Part shown: piece by piece, positions 12,630 to 25,398 of the stretch
How positions within the stretch are numbered: position 1 is the first letter of the stretch
How the letters are laid out: each line of letters opens with the position of its first letter
Notes under the pieces: model-generated
Told to the model about the DNA's origin: nothing
Database searches by the model: none
Seen by the model: the letters and a program-made list of their open reading frames with translations, nothing else
Program-made: the position numbers and the translations under genes
Assembly (NCBI RefSeq): GCF_006345805.1
Contig: NC_043011.1
Location: 14,148,464-14,212,463, forward strand
Length of the DNA stretch: 64,000 nt
From: Octopus sinensis
Taxonomy: Eukaryota
Direction: 5' to 3'

Positions 12630-12915
12630 TATATATATGTATATACACATATATATATATACACATATATATATATACATATATATATGTATATACACAT
12701 ATATATATATATACATATATACATATATATATATACATATATATAGATATATACATATATATATATATACACATATATATACACATATATATACATATAT
12801 ATACATATATACATATCATCATCATCATCGTTTGATGATGATGATGATATGTATATATACATATTTTACATATATATATAAAAACACAAACACACAATGC
12901 ACACACATACACAAA
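12530..12915. repeat. Compound (TA)/(CA)/(CAT) microsatellite
   Basis: Direct. Confidence 0.95.
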
Positions 12916-13759
12916 CATTAGCTTTAATAAATCTTATTTTTAATACATAACTGTTAAAATTCTGGCAGTTATAATCATTACCATGATTCCATTAACCACT
13001 TTTTTTTGGTGTGTGTGGCATAACTGTTTTCCTTGTTGTTGCTTTCATTGTTCCAATCCAGAAAAGCTTAGATCAACCTTTCTTGTTTGTAATCACTATT
13101 GTTTTTCACTGGTATATTGTGTCACACCTGGTCGTGAAGAACCATATTGCTTCATCACGGATATAACATACACAAAGTTGGCACATTCAAATGATCAGCA
13201 TTCAAGAGAAGCTGGAAAGGATCTGAGTAACAGAGAGGGACGAAACAAGAAGAGCCAGATGCATCAAACAAGGGGAGAACCAGAGAGAGGAAGACAGGGA
13301 CAAACACACAGTGAAAATTGAAAAGGGGTTGATTTAGAAGATACTGGGATACTGAGCAAGGAAGACCAAGCACAAGGGGCAAGGGGGAAAAAAAACTAAA
13401 ACGCTAAAGAAAAAAAATTATTAAAAAAAAAAGTTTCTGCTAGCCAATTGGTTAAATTTGGAGGTTTGGACCAACCAATTTACTTCCCTGCTTTTGAAAC
13501 TCTTTAAACTAGACAAAGTTAGACTTCCACAAATGACAGTGACCTCCAACATCCCCTGCCACCTCCACCATCCAATGTTTGGTCACATCATTCTTATGTT
13601 TTCAGGAGAAGCTATCTCGAAACAAACACAATTCAACATGAAGCTCTAGAAGTCCAAATGGCTTATGGAAAAAGAAGTTGAAATAGAATAAGGTTTTTAG
13701 ACAGTCCCAAAAAAGACTGTAAGGTAACCTAAATACATATAACTAAACGTTTATGGATG

Positions 13760-14566
<807 letters not shown>

Positions 14567-14804
14567 GCAAGTCAGCTACACAGATTCTTTACTATGCTTT
14601 TCAAAATGAAAGGTTTTCTTTTTTTTCTTTTTGTTGTTGTTGAGAGGTGGAATAGTTGACCAAGGGTTGTAGATCATTGAAGAAATTCAAGAATGAGAGG
14701 TAGCAACAACAACAACAACAACAACGACACTGTAACCATATTCTGACCACTGTTATCACATACATAGATTTTACGGGTGGGGAAATTAGAAGAGGTGGGA
14801 AAAG

Positions 14805-14832
14805 TGACAGAGAGTGAGAGAGCGAGAGAGAG

Positions 14833-14881
<49 letters not shown>
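14805..14881. repeat. (GA)n microsatellite
   Basis: Direct. Confidence 0.95.
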
Positions 14882-14884
<3 letters not shown>

Positions 14885-15234
14885 GGAGACAATTTTTGTC
14901 AATTGCCACACTATTTTGTTGGCGAGGTTAACTACTTCATGTTATTCCACCATCCAAGTAGTGCAGTCTGTTGTGTTGATGGTAGTAAGGAAATATTAGC
15001 ATGGTTTGAAGCAACAGAAAGGAGACAGAACAAGAGTTGAGGAACTGCTCCGGTAACACAGACGTCATAGCTATCCAAGGGATATGTACAAGAAATACAC
15101 AGGACGTTATCTTTCTCCAATTCAGTCATCGACAGATGTCAGTAAACATCCACATCAAGCAGAAATGTACAACACTTTGTTGATTTGTTCCATGTAGACC
15201 ATTGGCGACAGCGGAAATGATAACAGATCCATAT

Positions 15235-15300
15235 GTAAATATACACAGATACATATATGCACACCTGCACATAAATATATATAAATATGTGTATATATAA

Positions 15301-15331
<31 letters not shown>

Positions 15332-15560
15332 GATACATAAATATATATATGTGTATATATATACATATATATATATATATATACAGATACATAAATATAT
15401 ATATATATATGTGTATATATGTGTGTGTCTGTGTACACAGGCACACACACATGTATGTATGTATGTGTGTGTATATATATATTTATATATACACATGCAT
15501 GTGCACATATATATGTATGTATATTGTGCATGCATTGTGTGCACATGTGAATTTTTATAT
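15235..15560. repeat. Compound (TA)/(TG) microsatellite starting ~55 nt after the PCGF3 stop codon
   Basis: Direct. Confidence 0.95.
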
Positions 15561-15616
15561 GTCTATTAGTCTCTGCACGTATGTAGAAAGAAAAGAGCAG
15601 AAGAGGGTATAACCCT

Positions 15617-15661
15617 TCACAAGTCAACCCTCTGTCGGTAATGTAACATTAGTGGTGTGTC
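15617..15661 (-). CDS. PCGF3: PCGF3-like terminal coding exon 7
   Basis: Strong polypyrimidine acceptor tttttcctttcag. DTPLMLHYRQRVDL-TGA, with the stop at 15619-15617. Confidence 0.95.
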   Translation of the reverse strand, partial: DTPLMLHYRQRVDL

Positions 15662-16296
15662 CTGAAAGGAAAAAGAAAGAAAAAAAAACAAAGCATTATT
15701 ATGTAATTAAACAATTTAATTATGTAATTAAAACAGGGGAGTACACAATACTCAAATATATGAATTTAAAGGATTTAAATATTTTGAATAATCGTTTCTC
15801 TTCCATCACCCCCATCTATCATCAGCTCTATTCTGCTGCCCCACCCCCACCCACCCACAAGACATCCCCTACCCTCCTACTTACTCCTGGCACCTCTGCC
15901 CCACTCTTTCTTTGAAGGTCCACTCTGACAACTTATCACCAATTTCCAGTACCATCCTCAATTCCACCCCAACCCTTTCCTCTAAAAGAGGAGTAGACAG
16001 GTAACAAGAGGCTCCAACCCTTTTCTCTTCTACTTTACCCATTTCTATCTACTCTTTACTCCCCTAGCATAAAGTTCCCCAAACTCCAACTGAGGCTCAT
16101 AGTCTTGCAGGCTAGACAGCAACAACACAAATGCTGGTGGCACAAAAAAAATCCATTCAGTATACACTGTAAAGTGGTTGGCATTAGGAAGGGTGACTAG
16201 CTTCAGAAATCATGCCAAATAGACACCAAAGCATGATACAGTCCCTGAACACATCAGATCCAGTCAAACTATTTAATTCATGCCAGCATAGGACAT

Positions 16297-16525
16297 GTAT
16301 TTCTTTACTACCCACAAGGGGCTAAACACAGAGGGGACAAACAAGGACAGACAAACGGATCAAGTCGATTACATCGACCCCAGTGCGTAACTGGTACTTA
16401 ATTCATCGACCCCGAAAGGATGAAAGGCAAAGTCAACCTCGGCGGAATTTGAACTCAGAATGTAACGGCAGACGAAATATGGCTACGCATTTCGCCTGGT
16501 GTGCTAACGTTTCTGCCAGCTCGTC
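16297..16525 (-). mobile_element. SINE-B
   Basis: 10-bp TSD gcataggaca (16286-16295 / 16526-16535). Confidence 0.92.
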
Positions 16526-16617
16526 GCATAGGACAAGGACATGTGATGGCCTGGCTCTCTGTCAGTTTTAAAGGATCCAGTCGATCAATAAAAAGAACAA
16601 CTTGCCTGTGTAATTAA

Positions 16618-16839
16618 CCCTTTCGTTACCAACCCGGCTGAAACCAGCTCTGGCTCTGTAGTACAAATGTCTGGTTTTCATAAATTTTGGATTAAAACCT
16701 TCCACCAAACCTTAGTCACAATTTACGTTCCTAACACTAGCTTAATGATAACTAAGTTATTTTACTAAATTCATGGCTATATTTAAAATTAATTGAAAGA
16801 AACACAGAGCATCTCAAAATAAATACAGTAACCAAAGGG
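16618..16839 (+). mobile_element. MITE F
   Basis: TTAA 16614-16617 / 16840-16843. Confidence 0.92.
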
Positions 16840-16844
16840 TTAAT

Positions 16845-17070
16845 ATGCAAGTGATTGAGCATTCCATGGACATGTGCACCCTTAATGTAATTCTCAGAGA
16901 AATTCAGCATAACATGGAGTGTGACATATACTACAGGTACAAGTAATTTTTGCCAGGTGACTGGACTGGAGCAATGAGAAATAAAGTGTCTTGCTCAAGG
17001 ACACAATGCACTGTCAGGAATCAAACTCATGGCCTTACGATCATGAACCAAATACCCTGGCCACTAACAT
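16845..17070 (-). mobile_element. Old CORE SINE variant carrying the middle segment of SINE-C tail 1
   Basis: aataaagtgtcttgctcaaggacacaa core plus gtgtacccttaa-like segment. Confidence 0.7.
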
Positions 17071-17150
17071 GGGAGAAATTTATAAAACATTTAAGCAGAA
17101 TTGTCATCAATTGTTAATCAGGTAAAATTACAGGTAACATGTCAACTTAC

Positions 17151-17231
17151 TTTGGCTTGCCAACTTGTGACTGAAATAAATTTCAGCGTATGATCTTTTC
17201 CTAGGATGGCATCATTACAGAGAATATCAAT
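17151..17231 (-). CDS. PCGF3: PCGF3-like coding exon 6
   Basis: 81 nt, ttttaatttatag acceptor and gtaagt donor. IDILCNDAILGKDHTLKFISVTSWQAK contains the DILCN..LGKDHTLKF motif. Confidence 0.96.
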
Positions 17232-17314
17232 CTATAAATTAAAAGAAAAATTAAATGAAAAACACAGATTAAATTTGTAAAATATCAATCATCTTTCACT
17301 TTAATATAAAGAAA

Positions 17315-18300
17315 TGATGGGGGGTTACCCAGACAGGAAGGTAAGGATTGGGAAATACCAATGTGCAGTGGTTGTCAAAAGCAACAGGTGAAGTCCAAAG
17401 GGATCTTGTGATTCAGGAAGTTAGGAGTGAAGAGGAAAGAAACATGTGTGTGAAAGCCATCCAACAATCTCAGTAGGAGTAATGGACAACTTGGGATGCT
17501 ACAATGCAGAAATCTCTCACAAGGAATGATGTATGAGACATGGCACCACTCAGATTCAGTTTCATAATAAGAATAACTTATGACTTGCTTCCATCAAACA
17601 CCAACCTTGTAAAGTGGGGCATGGAAGACATGTGAATATGTCCCCTGTGCAAGGACAAACCCCAGTCAATAGACTATGCCCTGAATTCCTACAAGACTGC
17701 TCTCACTGATGGCAGGTACACATAGAGGCACAACAGAGTGCTAGAAGAATTGACCACTTCAATCTGGCACCAGATGCAGTGGGACACAACCAAATCAAAA
17801 GTGACCTTCATTAGCATAGAAAGAAAGAAAATGGTTGGAGCAAAGAAGATAAGTAGATATGAATTTGTAGCAGGAAGGAACCTACTTGGACACGAGGATT
17901 CTTGGGAAATATCTGCAGACATTAGTGAGAAGCACAAGAACTACCCAGAGTTTATCACCAAGAATGGCTGGCAACCAGACATTGTCTTAGGGTCTGAATA
18001 GGATGCCAAAGTGATTCTTATTGAATTAACGAGAGCCACATAGAAGAGTAACACATCTTTAAGATGAACAAATATGGTGAACTGGCAAAGCAGCTAGGGA
18101 GTGTGGGTTACCACTGCACTGTGAAGCCAGTTGAAGCTGGATTGCAAGGATTCATGGCTGCATCAACCTGTCAGCTACTCAGGCAGTTAGGTATCAAAGG
18201 CTGCAGAACAACTTCCACAATTAAATGCTTGTCTGATGTTGCTGGAAAGGGCTCATTGTGGATGTAAGCAAAGAGGAATGACCAATGGACCTACTTAAGG
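17315..18300 (+). mobile_element. Degenerate HERO (R2-group, RLE endonuclease) LINE 3' fragment, antisense in PCGF3 intron 5
   Basis: Stop-interrupted translation WTTWD..QKSLT..FIIR.TYDLLPS.TNLVKWG..CPLC..GRYT*RHNRVLEEL, then QPDIVL..KVILIELT..KYGEL..VKPVEAGLQGF..SLWM*AKR. Zinc knuckle plus PD-(D/E)xK endonuclease. Confidence 0.85.
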
Positions 18301-19169
18301 ATTTGTTATTTACTGGAATAGAAGCAAGAAGGGAGCTGGTTCCTTTGTTGGTCAGCCTGGTGGGCTGAAACACAGACCTGGGAACAAAAGAACAACCCAG
18401 GTTCAAATCCTGGAGACAAGATTTTGGAAAACAGCAGGAGGACACCAAGGAGTCATGACCCGGGTGGGCCTGGCATCCATAGAGTCAGATATAAGTGCCA
18501 AAACACTTGTTGGATGGGAGGTCTTCCTCTGAAGGTCTCTCCTGTTGTACGCTCACCTTGAAAGCAAGTTTCTGTTATACGTATTTTGAAGACGAAACTT
18601 AACGAGAATATTTACGCCAATTATCTCTTACTTTTGAACGAACAAAACTGGATTAACTTGGGGGATGTTGGAATGGAAATGAAATTCATTGTGAAGAAAT
18701 AATCAATGAACATTTTCCTCAGTAGAAAGTGTGAAATGAAACAAAATTCCATACTCAAAATAGTTTAGGAAACAAATCTATATCTAAGAAACAATAGACA
18801 CATTAGCATTTTTTAGAATGCTTATTTTTTTGCTTTCATTCAGTATTGAATATTGGAGAAATTTTGCACAGTTTGTAAATTTCAGTTAAATTTTTTTTAC
18901 TAGGTGTCGTTCAAAGAAATAAATATGTACAATGGTTTGGTTACAGAATTCCAGCTGATAGTGACTGTGTCTGACATATCATCTTGTTAGCTCACACCAG
19001 ACAATTGCCACACATCTGGAGGAAGAGAGAGAGAGAGCTGATGTTTATCTTACTAACAGCAAAGAAATGAGTCGCTTTTTCTTTTACTCAAAATCACTGC
19101 AAGCAGGTAAAATTAGGGAATGCCATCACTGCCACAAAATTCTTAATACCTGCACCTTGTGGTGCAGGT

Positions 19170-19620
19170 ATTAAGAAGTTTGCTTCCTAAGCATGTGGTT
19201 TCAGGTTCAACCTCAGTCTGTGTGGCACCATGGGCAAGTGCCTTCAGCTACATACATATTTCTTTACTACCCACAAGGGGCTAAACACAGAGAGGACACA
19301 CAAGGACAGACAAACGGATTAAGTCGATTACATCAACCCCAGTGCATAACTGGTACTTAATTTATCAACCCCAAAAGGATGAAAGGCAAAGTCGACCTCA
19401 GCGGAATTTGAACTCGGAACGTAACGGCAGACGAAATACCGCTAAGCATTTCGCCCGGCGTGCTAACATTTCTGCCAGCTCGCCACCTTAAAACTACATA
19501 CAGTCGCCTTCAATTTTCAATTACGTACAGTCCTTGGTCAACCAAAGCCTTGAGATTGGATTTGGTTAACAGAAACTGAAGAAGCTCAGAGTGTGTGTAG
19601 AAGAGAGAGAGAGAGAGAGA
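19170..19620 (+). mobile_element. Old SINE-A 5' half interrupted by SINE-B
   Basis: Head at 19170-19250 resumes at about 19515-19570. Confidence 0.65.
19257..19490 (-). mobile_element. SINE-B nested in SINE-A
   Basis: 9-bp direct repeat ctacataca (19248-19256 / 19494-19502). Confidence 0.92.
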
Positions 19621-19837
19621 ATGGCTATGACTGGGTATCAATGTCATATAAATGGTGTCTCTGTGAGATATAGTGTATTTGTATATCTTATATCAATATG
19701 AATATTAATACAGGACTTTCTGGTTATAAAGACTGCCAACAAAAGTCAATAAAACGCATAAATTTGCATGTTTAATATGACTGCTTACATGAACGTGAAA
19801 GATTCGTATATTTGACCATGCTCTTGAAACAGGTCTT

Positions 19838-20269
19838 GGATCTTTTCGGTTTGAACAGCAGTTTTTCCTAGCGGTGTCATATGAAATTGTCACCCATAAT
19901 TATGACTCTAGTATCGATCTATTGCATTTCAATGTTTTAGGGTTAGGGTTAGAGTTAGGGTAAGGGTTAGGGATGGGGGAAGAGTATCTTTTTTCTTCAG
20001 AAATGTAAATAAACCCAATCTGTTTTCTTAAACGAGGGACATATTCATACAGCACAGAATGTTTTCACCTCAATAGACGTCATTGATTGGTTAAAATTGC
20101 AGAAATTGAAAGAAAGAAACAACAAATATCTTACAAACTATAGAATTTTCTCAATAAAGCCAAGAGAAAAAGATATTTTATAAACACATTCTATCAGTAT
20201 ACGAACTTTAAAAGTGTTTAGTTACGTGGAAATTATTTTAAAAAACTGCCATTCAAACCAAAAAGATCC
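19838..20269 (-). mobile_element. MITE H
   Basis: TSD caggtctt/catgtctt; longest internal (TTAGGG)-like run at about 19938-19970. Confidence 0.92.
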
Positions 20270-20473
20270 CATGTCTTTTATAAAAGTATGCACTTCCTAA
20301 TTCAAAGAATTTAGGACCATACCTATTTTTTAGATAGCTAGGTTAACATAAATAGGGTAAGATGCCTTTGGCTTTTCTCTGAACATAAATGATTCAGGAA
20401 AATATTGCAGCATTTTAATCTTCTGTTATTTTTATACTTTTTAAGCTATTGCAATATTCCAATATTTTCAAAT

Positions 20474-20509
<36 letters not shown>

Positions 20510-20649
20510 GATTGCAAGAAAGAGATAGCAAGAAAGAGGTGGGTGAAAAACAAAAGAGAGAAAGAATTAAGAAAGGGCATTAAAAGCAGAAATAAACAAT
20601 TATATATTTACTGTAGTATTTATTTATGAAGCTGGAAATTTTCCATCAT

Positions 20650-20990
20650 GAAGGCACATGGCTCAGTGGTTAGAGCGTTGAGCTTACAATTGTAAGGTTG
20701 TGAGCTCAAATGCCGGACCGGGCTGCGTGTTGTGTCCTTGAGCAAGACACTTTATTTCACGTTGTTCCAGTTCACTCAGCTGTAGAAATGAGTTGCGATG
20801 TAACAGGTGCCAAGCTGTATCAGCCCCTTTGCCTTTCCCTTGGATAACACTGGTGGCATGGAGAGGGAAGGCCGGTATGCATGGGCGACTGCTGGTCTTC
20901 CCATAAACAACCTTGCCCTGACTTGTGTCTGGGAGGGTAACTTTCTAGGTGCAATCCCATGGTCAGTGTTGTGACCGAAGGGGGGTTTCA
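20650..20990 (+). mobile_element. CORE-type SINE-D
   Basis: tRNA head, then tgtgtccttgagcaagacactttatttc..cagttcactcagctgtagaaatgag (MIR-like CORE). 3' part shared with SINE-C tail 1. Confidence 0.9.
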
Positions 20991-21209
20991 GTCAGTCAGT
21001 TATTTATGAAGGGATACCAATTAAAATAACAGCCTATTACTAAGAATATACTTACAATATTAAAAACAGAAATATTAAACACAGAAAACAGCTAAATTTA
21101 GTTATGTCTACACAGGCATACTGAGAATTTTCCACCTCCTGTTACAAAACATTTACTGCCAAATAGACTCAGATTTGTACTAAAATAATGGAAAATATGG
21201 TAGACTTAC

Positions 21210-21439
21210 ATCTGTATGCTTAGCTGAACTGTTGAATACTTTCAAAGCAACAAACTTTTTCAGTTGCATTATGGTAGCTTGTGAAGAGCATCGAATGAAT
21301 TTACGTTTCAAATTGCGCATCGATACACCTCGACCTTCTAGACAGATGTTAACTTGTTCATCGCTGCGATGATAGTCTTGGGTGTCAGAATCTGGTGGTT
21401 GCGTGTGTGTCCGTTCAGTTTCCACACACTCTTCATTAG
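21210..21439 (-). CDS. PCGF3: PCGF3-like coding exon 5 (linker and start of RAWUL-type domain)
   Basis: 230 nt, ttttatttccag acceptor and gtaagt donor. (A)NEECVETERTHTQPPDSDTQDYHRSDEQVNICLEGRGVSMRNLKRKFIRCSSQATIMQLKKFVALKVFNSSAKHTD; DYHRSDEQV is characteristic of PCGF3. Confidence 0.97.
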
Positions 21440-21616
21440 CTGGAAATAAAACATGTCAAAGGTCATTAACATGATCAAAATACAATGGAAAGGAAAAACC
21501 AGAGATATCAACTGTGTTAACTCTTTCACAACCATATTTTTAATGAAATACTCTCTGTTTCAGTTAATTTTGAAAATAATCAATGATTTGAAGAGATCTA
21601 GTGACACAACTATTTT

Positions 21617-22262
21617 TCAATTCAATTCAATTCAATTTTTATTGGCTCAAAAAGCAAAAGCAAGGCCATGTAGGGGGACAGGGAGTTATGTATAGGGAGG
21701 GTGGTCATACAAAGAGTTCAGGCCATTTCTGGTCAAAAGAGACTTTGAACCAAGCGGTCGTCAGCATCTTCACTATCTCATCCAGCAGCTTATTCCACGG
21801 ATCCGCAACCTGGACGGAGAAAGCCCCTCTCCTTCGATTGAGATGAAACCATCGTAGATAGAGCTTTTCGGAGTGACCCCGTAGCCCACGCTCTGGAGCA
21901 GGAGTGAAGAACAGTTCTTTCAAGAGGTTACACTTTCCGCTTATGATGTTGTGAGCAAGAATGAGATCACCACGGCAGCGGCGTTTTTCAAGAGAATAAA
22001 GGTCGAGCGTCTTCAGCCTTTCTTCATCAGACAAATGCTTGAGACCAAGAACCATGCGGGTAGCCAGCTTCTGGACTCTTTCGAGATGATGTATGTCTTT
22101 GAGGAGATAAGGAGAAGAGGCTTGAATCCCATACTCCAATATGGGTCTCACCAGCGTGACATAGAGCGGTAGGAATATGGCTGCTGTGAGCATTCCGAAT
22201 GACCGTCGAATCAAAAACAGAACTCTGCATGCTTTGTCGGCAGCATGGACGCCAGTTTTGGA
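21617..22262 (-). mobile_element. 5'-truncated CR1/L2-clade LINE (ORF2 C-terminus) with (TTGAA)n tail
   Basis: Open 169-aa frame LYVTLVRPILEYG..WS-like..LERVQKLATRMV..LYSLEKRRCRGDLI..LRGHSEKL..FSVQVADPWNKL. Pentamer tail at about 21617-21636. Confidence 0.93.
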
Positions 22263-23371
22263 AATATAACAAAAAGTTCAATGGGGTAAAGTTTCAGTTT
22301 AAATAGGAACTCTTTAAAATAGTTTATATAACAGAACCAGAAGCAGTCTCCAGTAAGTTTGTATTAAAAGAGCTAAGATGACACACATTATCACTTGTGA
22401 GAGAATGTGCTATGGAGCAGGAGCAGAAATTTTAGCAGCACAATTCTCTACACAAAAGAGTGTATGGTAGGAATTCCTTCACTCTTTGCAACTGGAAAAA
22501 AGACACTAAATTGAAGCAATGTTTTATGGACAGAGGTTTCAGACCAATTCTTGTATTTCATTTTATTTATTAATCTAACACAGTGGTTCTCAACCAGAGT
22601 CCATATAAGATTTTGGTGGGGGTCCATGCAAGCAAAATTATAAATTAGGGACCCATAATAGTATATTAAAGGTCCATGAAAAATGTTTGCTTTAGATGTA
22701 TTTAATGCAAGAAACCGTCCAACCCATGCTAGCATGGAAAGCGGACGTTAAGCAATGATGACGATGATGATGATGATGACGCAAAAAGTATTGTTCTGTG
22801 GTTAATTGAAATAGGATGTGCTAGAAAACTACATGATGATTTCATATATTAAATACCACATGGTTTGACAGATTTAAACACTGTTAACAAAGTACAACGA
22901 CATGACAGAATAAAATGCATTTACAAGGACAGAAAAATGTTAAAAAAAATTTAGGCTCAAGAATGATCCAAATCAAAAACATTTAACTAACAAAAAGGCA
23001 ATAATCCTATCCTAAGTTGGTTTTTATACTTTTATCTTGGCTTAAAATGTGTCATACAATAGAGATAAAAAGTGATTCAAAGTTAGCTAAAACAGCTTAA
23101 TTGTTCGTATATTGTGTGACAAACCGTTATAATAAAGTGCAATAGATAAGCTACTAGGAATAAATAAATTTGTCTTATCTTGTTGAATTTAGCGACTGTG
23201 TGTTATACAGCTGGAGCATTCTAAATATATATTGCTGTATTCAGTCAATGAATGTACTTTATTGTACTTAATGGTATAAAGAAAAATGGCCATGAAACAT
23301 CAGACAACAATGGCAATCAGAAATCAAAATCATACTAGATGCAATTAAATACTCTTTTCTACAACAATAAT

Positions 23372-23625
23372 AATCATCATCATCATTGTTCGACCATGGT
23401 CGAGACAATGGAATTTACTATGCTACGCCAGACTTCACGGTCCATCATAGCATTACGGAGGTCCAGTTGCTGGATGCCTGTATCCCTGGAGATTACATCA
23501 GGGTAGGAGAGTGTGCACCCTCTGGTATCGCAAGTGGATGGCTTCCAGAGGAGAAGAGTAGAAATTGCCTCGTTTTCAGCTCTACAACAACGTCCAGCAA
23601 AGTGGACTCTCCTACCTATTTGTAT
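23372..23625 (-). mobile_element. RTE/RTEX-like LINE 3' fragment (same family)
   Basis: RRVHFAGRCCRAENEAISTLLLWKP..YPDVISRDTGIQQLDLRNAMMDREVWRSIV, then stop and (GAT)n. Confidence 0.87.
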
Positions 23626-24001
23626 TTTAGTTGGATGACACTATAATAATAATCATGAGCAAAGTGCTAAAGATCTAGGGTAAATGATATCAGATATCAT
23701 AAGTACTAATTTGAGACATGAAAACAAAACAGTCTCACAGAAGGACCAAAACTTCCTAGTTGCCAGAAAATTCCATCATGGACCACAGTATAGTGTAAGT
23801 CCTCAAATTGCCTGCTATAATTTGTTTCTGCTTTCATCTTGTAAAGGAAAGATATTTTGAATAATGTAGTCCTAGATACACAATGCATGAAGAAGAGATG
23901 GTCACAGTTGGAACGCCTTTGATCATCAGACTGCTCAATCAGAGCTTATCTGGAACTAATTAACAAAGGGTGCTAATCATAAGACCATACACATGAAGGT
24001 T

Positions 24002-24510
24002 GTGGAGGTGCAATGGCCCAGTGGTTAGGGCAGCGGACTCGCGGTCGTAGGATCATGGTTTCGATTCCCAGACCGGGCATTGTGAGTGTTTATTGAACGA
24101 AAACACCTAAAGTTCCTCGAGGCTCCGGCAGGGGGTGGTGGTGAACCCTGCTGTACTCTCACCACAACTTTCTCTCACTCTTTCTTCCTGTTTCTGTTGT
24201 ACCTGTATTTCAAAGGGCCAGCCTTGTCACACTCTGTGTCACGCTGAATCTCCCTGAGAACTATGTTAAGGGTACACGTGTCTGTGGAGTGCTCAGCCAC
24301 TTGCACATTAATAAATGAGCTGCGACGTCAATGGTGCCAAGCTGTATCGGCCCCTTTGCCTTTCCCTTGGATAACATCAGTGGTGTGGAGAGGGGAGGTT
24401 GGTATGCATAGGCGACTGCTGGTCTTTCATAAACAACCTTGCCCAGACTTGTGCCTCGGAGGGTAACTTTCTAGGAGCAATCCCATGGTCATTCATGATT
24501 GAAGGGGGTC
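24002..24510 (+). mobile_element. tRNA-derived SINE-C with tail type 1
   Basis: A box ggcccagtggttaggg, B box ggtttcgattccc. 13-bp TSD acacatgaaggtt (23989-24001 / 24520-24532). Confidence 0.92.
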
Positions 24511-24780
24511 ACAACAACAACACATGAAGGTTAGTTGCAAATAAATATCTTTTGAGATTGCATTTCTTATTATTTTTTCTTAAAATATTTCAAAATTTAA
24601 AGTTTTAATCTTCTGATGTTATAACATTTGATATTCTGATTTTTCAGTGATATGAAATCCAGCTTCATGACCCCAAATCATAGCATCAATATTCAGTAAA
24701 ATAGAGAGAAAAGCAGAAGGGAAGTATGCAGTTCAGTATTACAGCCAATAAAAGTAGGAGAAACCTGTTATTTCCACATA

Positions 24781-25110
24781 CTCTCTTTTTCTCTTTTACT
24801 CTCTCTTTTACTTGTTTCAGTCATTTGTCTATGGCCATGCTGGAGCACCACCTTTAGTCGAGCAAATCGACCCCAGGACTTATTCTTTGTAAGCCTAGTA
24901 CTTATTCTATCAGTCTCTTAGGTCGAACCGCTAAGTTGCGGGGACGTAAACACACCAGCATCGGTTGTCAAGCGATGTTGGGGGGGACAAACACACAAAC
25001 ATATACACACACATAGACATATATATACATATATACGACGGGCTTCTTCAAGTTTCCGACTACCAAATCCACTCACAAGGCTTTGGTTGGCCCGAGGCTA
25101 TAGTAGAAGA
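24781..25110 (-). mobile_element. SINE-A, 5'-truncated
   Basis: Tail and middle match the family. Confidence 0.9.
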
Positions 25111-25180
25111 TGCACTATTTTCTCAATGTAGAATAAAGAGTGAAAACAGGAAAATCAAGGTAAAACAAAGAGATACTGAC

Positions 25181-25246
25181 CTCCAATGGATTTTGGAAAT
25201 GGAACACCTCTGCTCTTATAAAACTGTTGCTGCCGCCGTAGTTCAT
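25181..25246 (-). CDS. PCGF3: PCGF3-like coding exon 4
   Basis: 66 nt, tatttcag acceptor and gtcagt donor. (N)ELRRQQQFYKSRGVPFPKSIG is phase 1-1 and corresponds to the ExRxxxxFY helix after the RING. Confidence 0.92.
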
Positions 25247-25398
25247 CTGAAATAATACAGCAGACCCGTTAGGATACTACACACAACCCAACAAGATACC
25301 CCCCATATGCAGTTGTGAAATATTACGTATTAGGACAACATAACACGATATTATATTTTCCATGTAAAGATATTTAATAGAAAATACAATATACTATA

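Noticed and set aside
14932-15129. 65-aa minus-strand ORF and the 112-aa plus ORF at 12983-13321
   Set aside because: They lie in the presumed PCGF3 3' UTR and have no domain similarity or splice support.
24002-24075. tRNA-like cloverleaf heads (SINE-A, B, C, D)
   Set aside because: Acceptor and anticodon stems are imperfect and each is fused to a SINE body with TSD or tail, so they are not functional tRNA genes.
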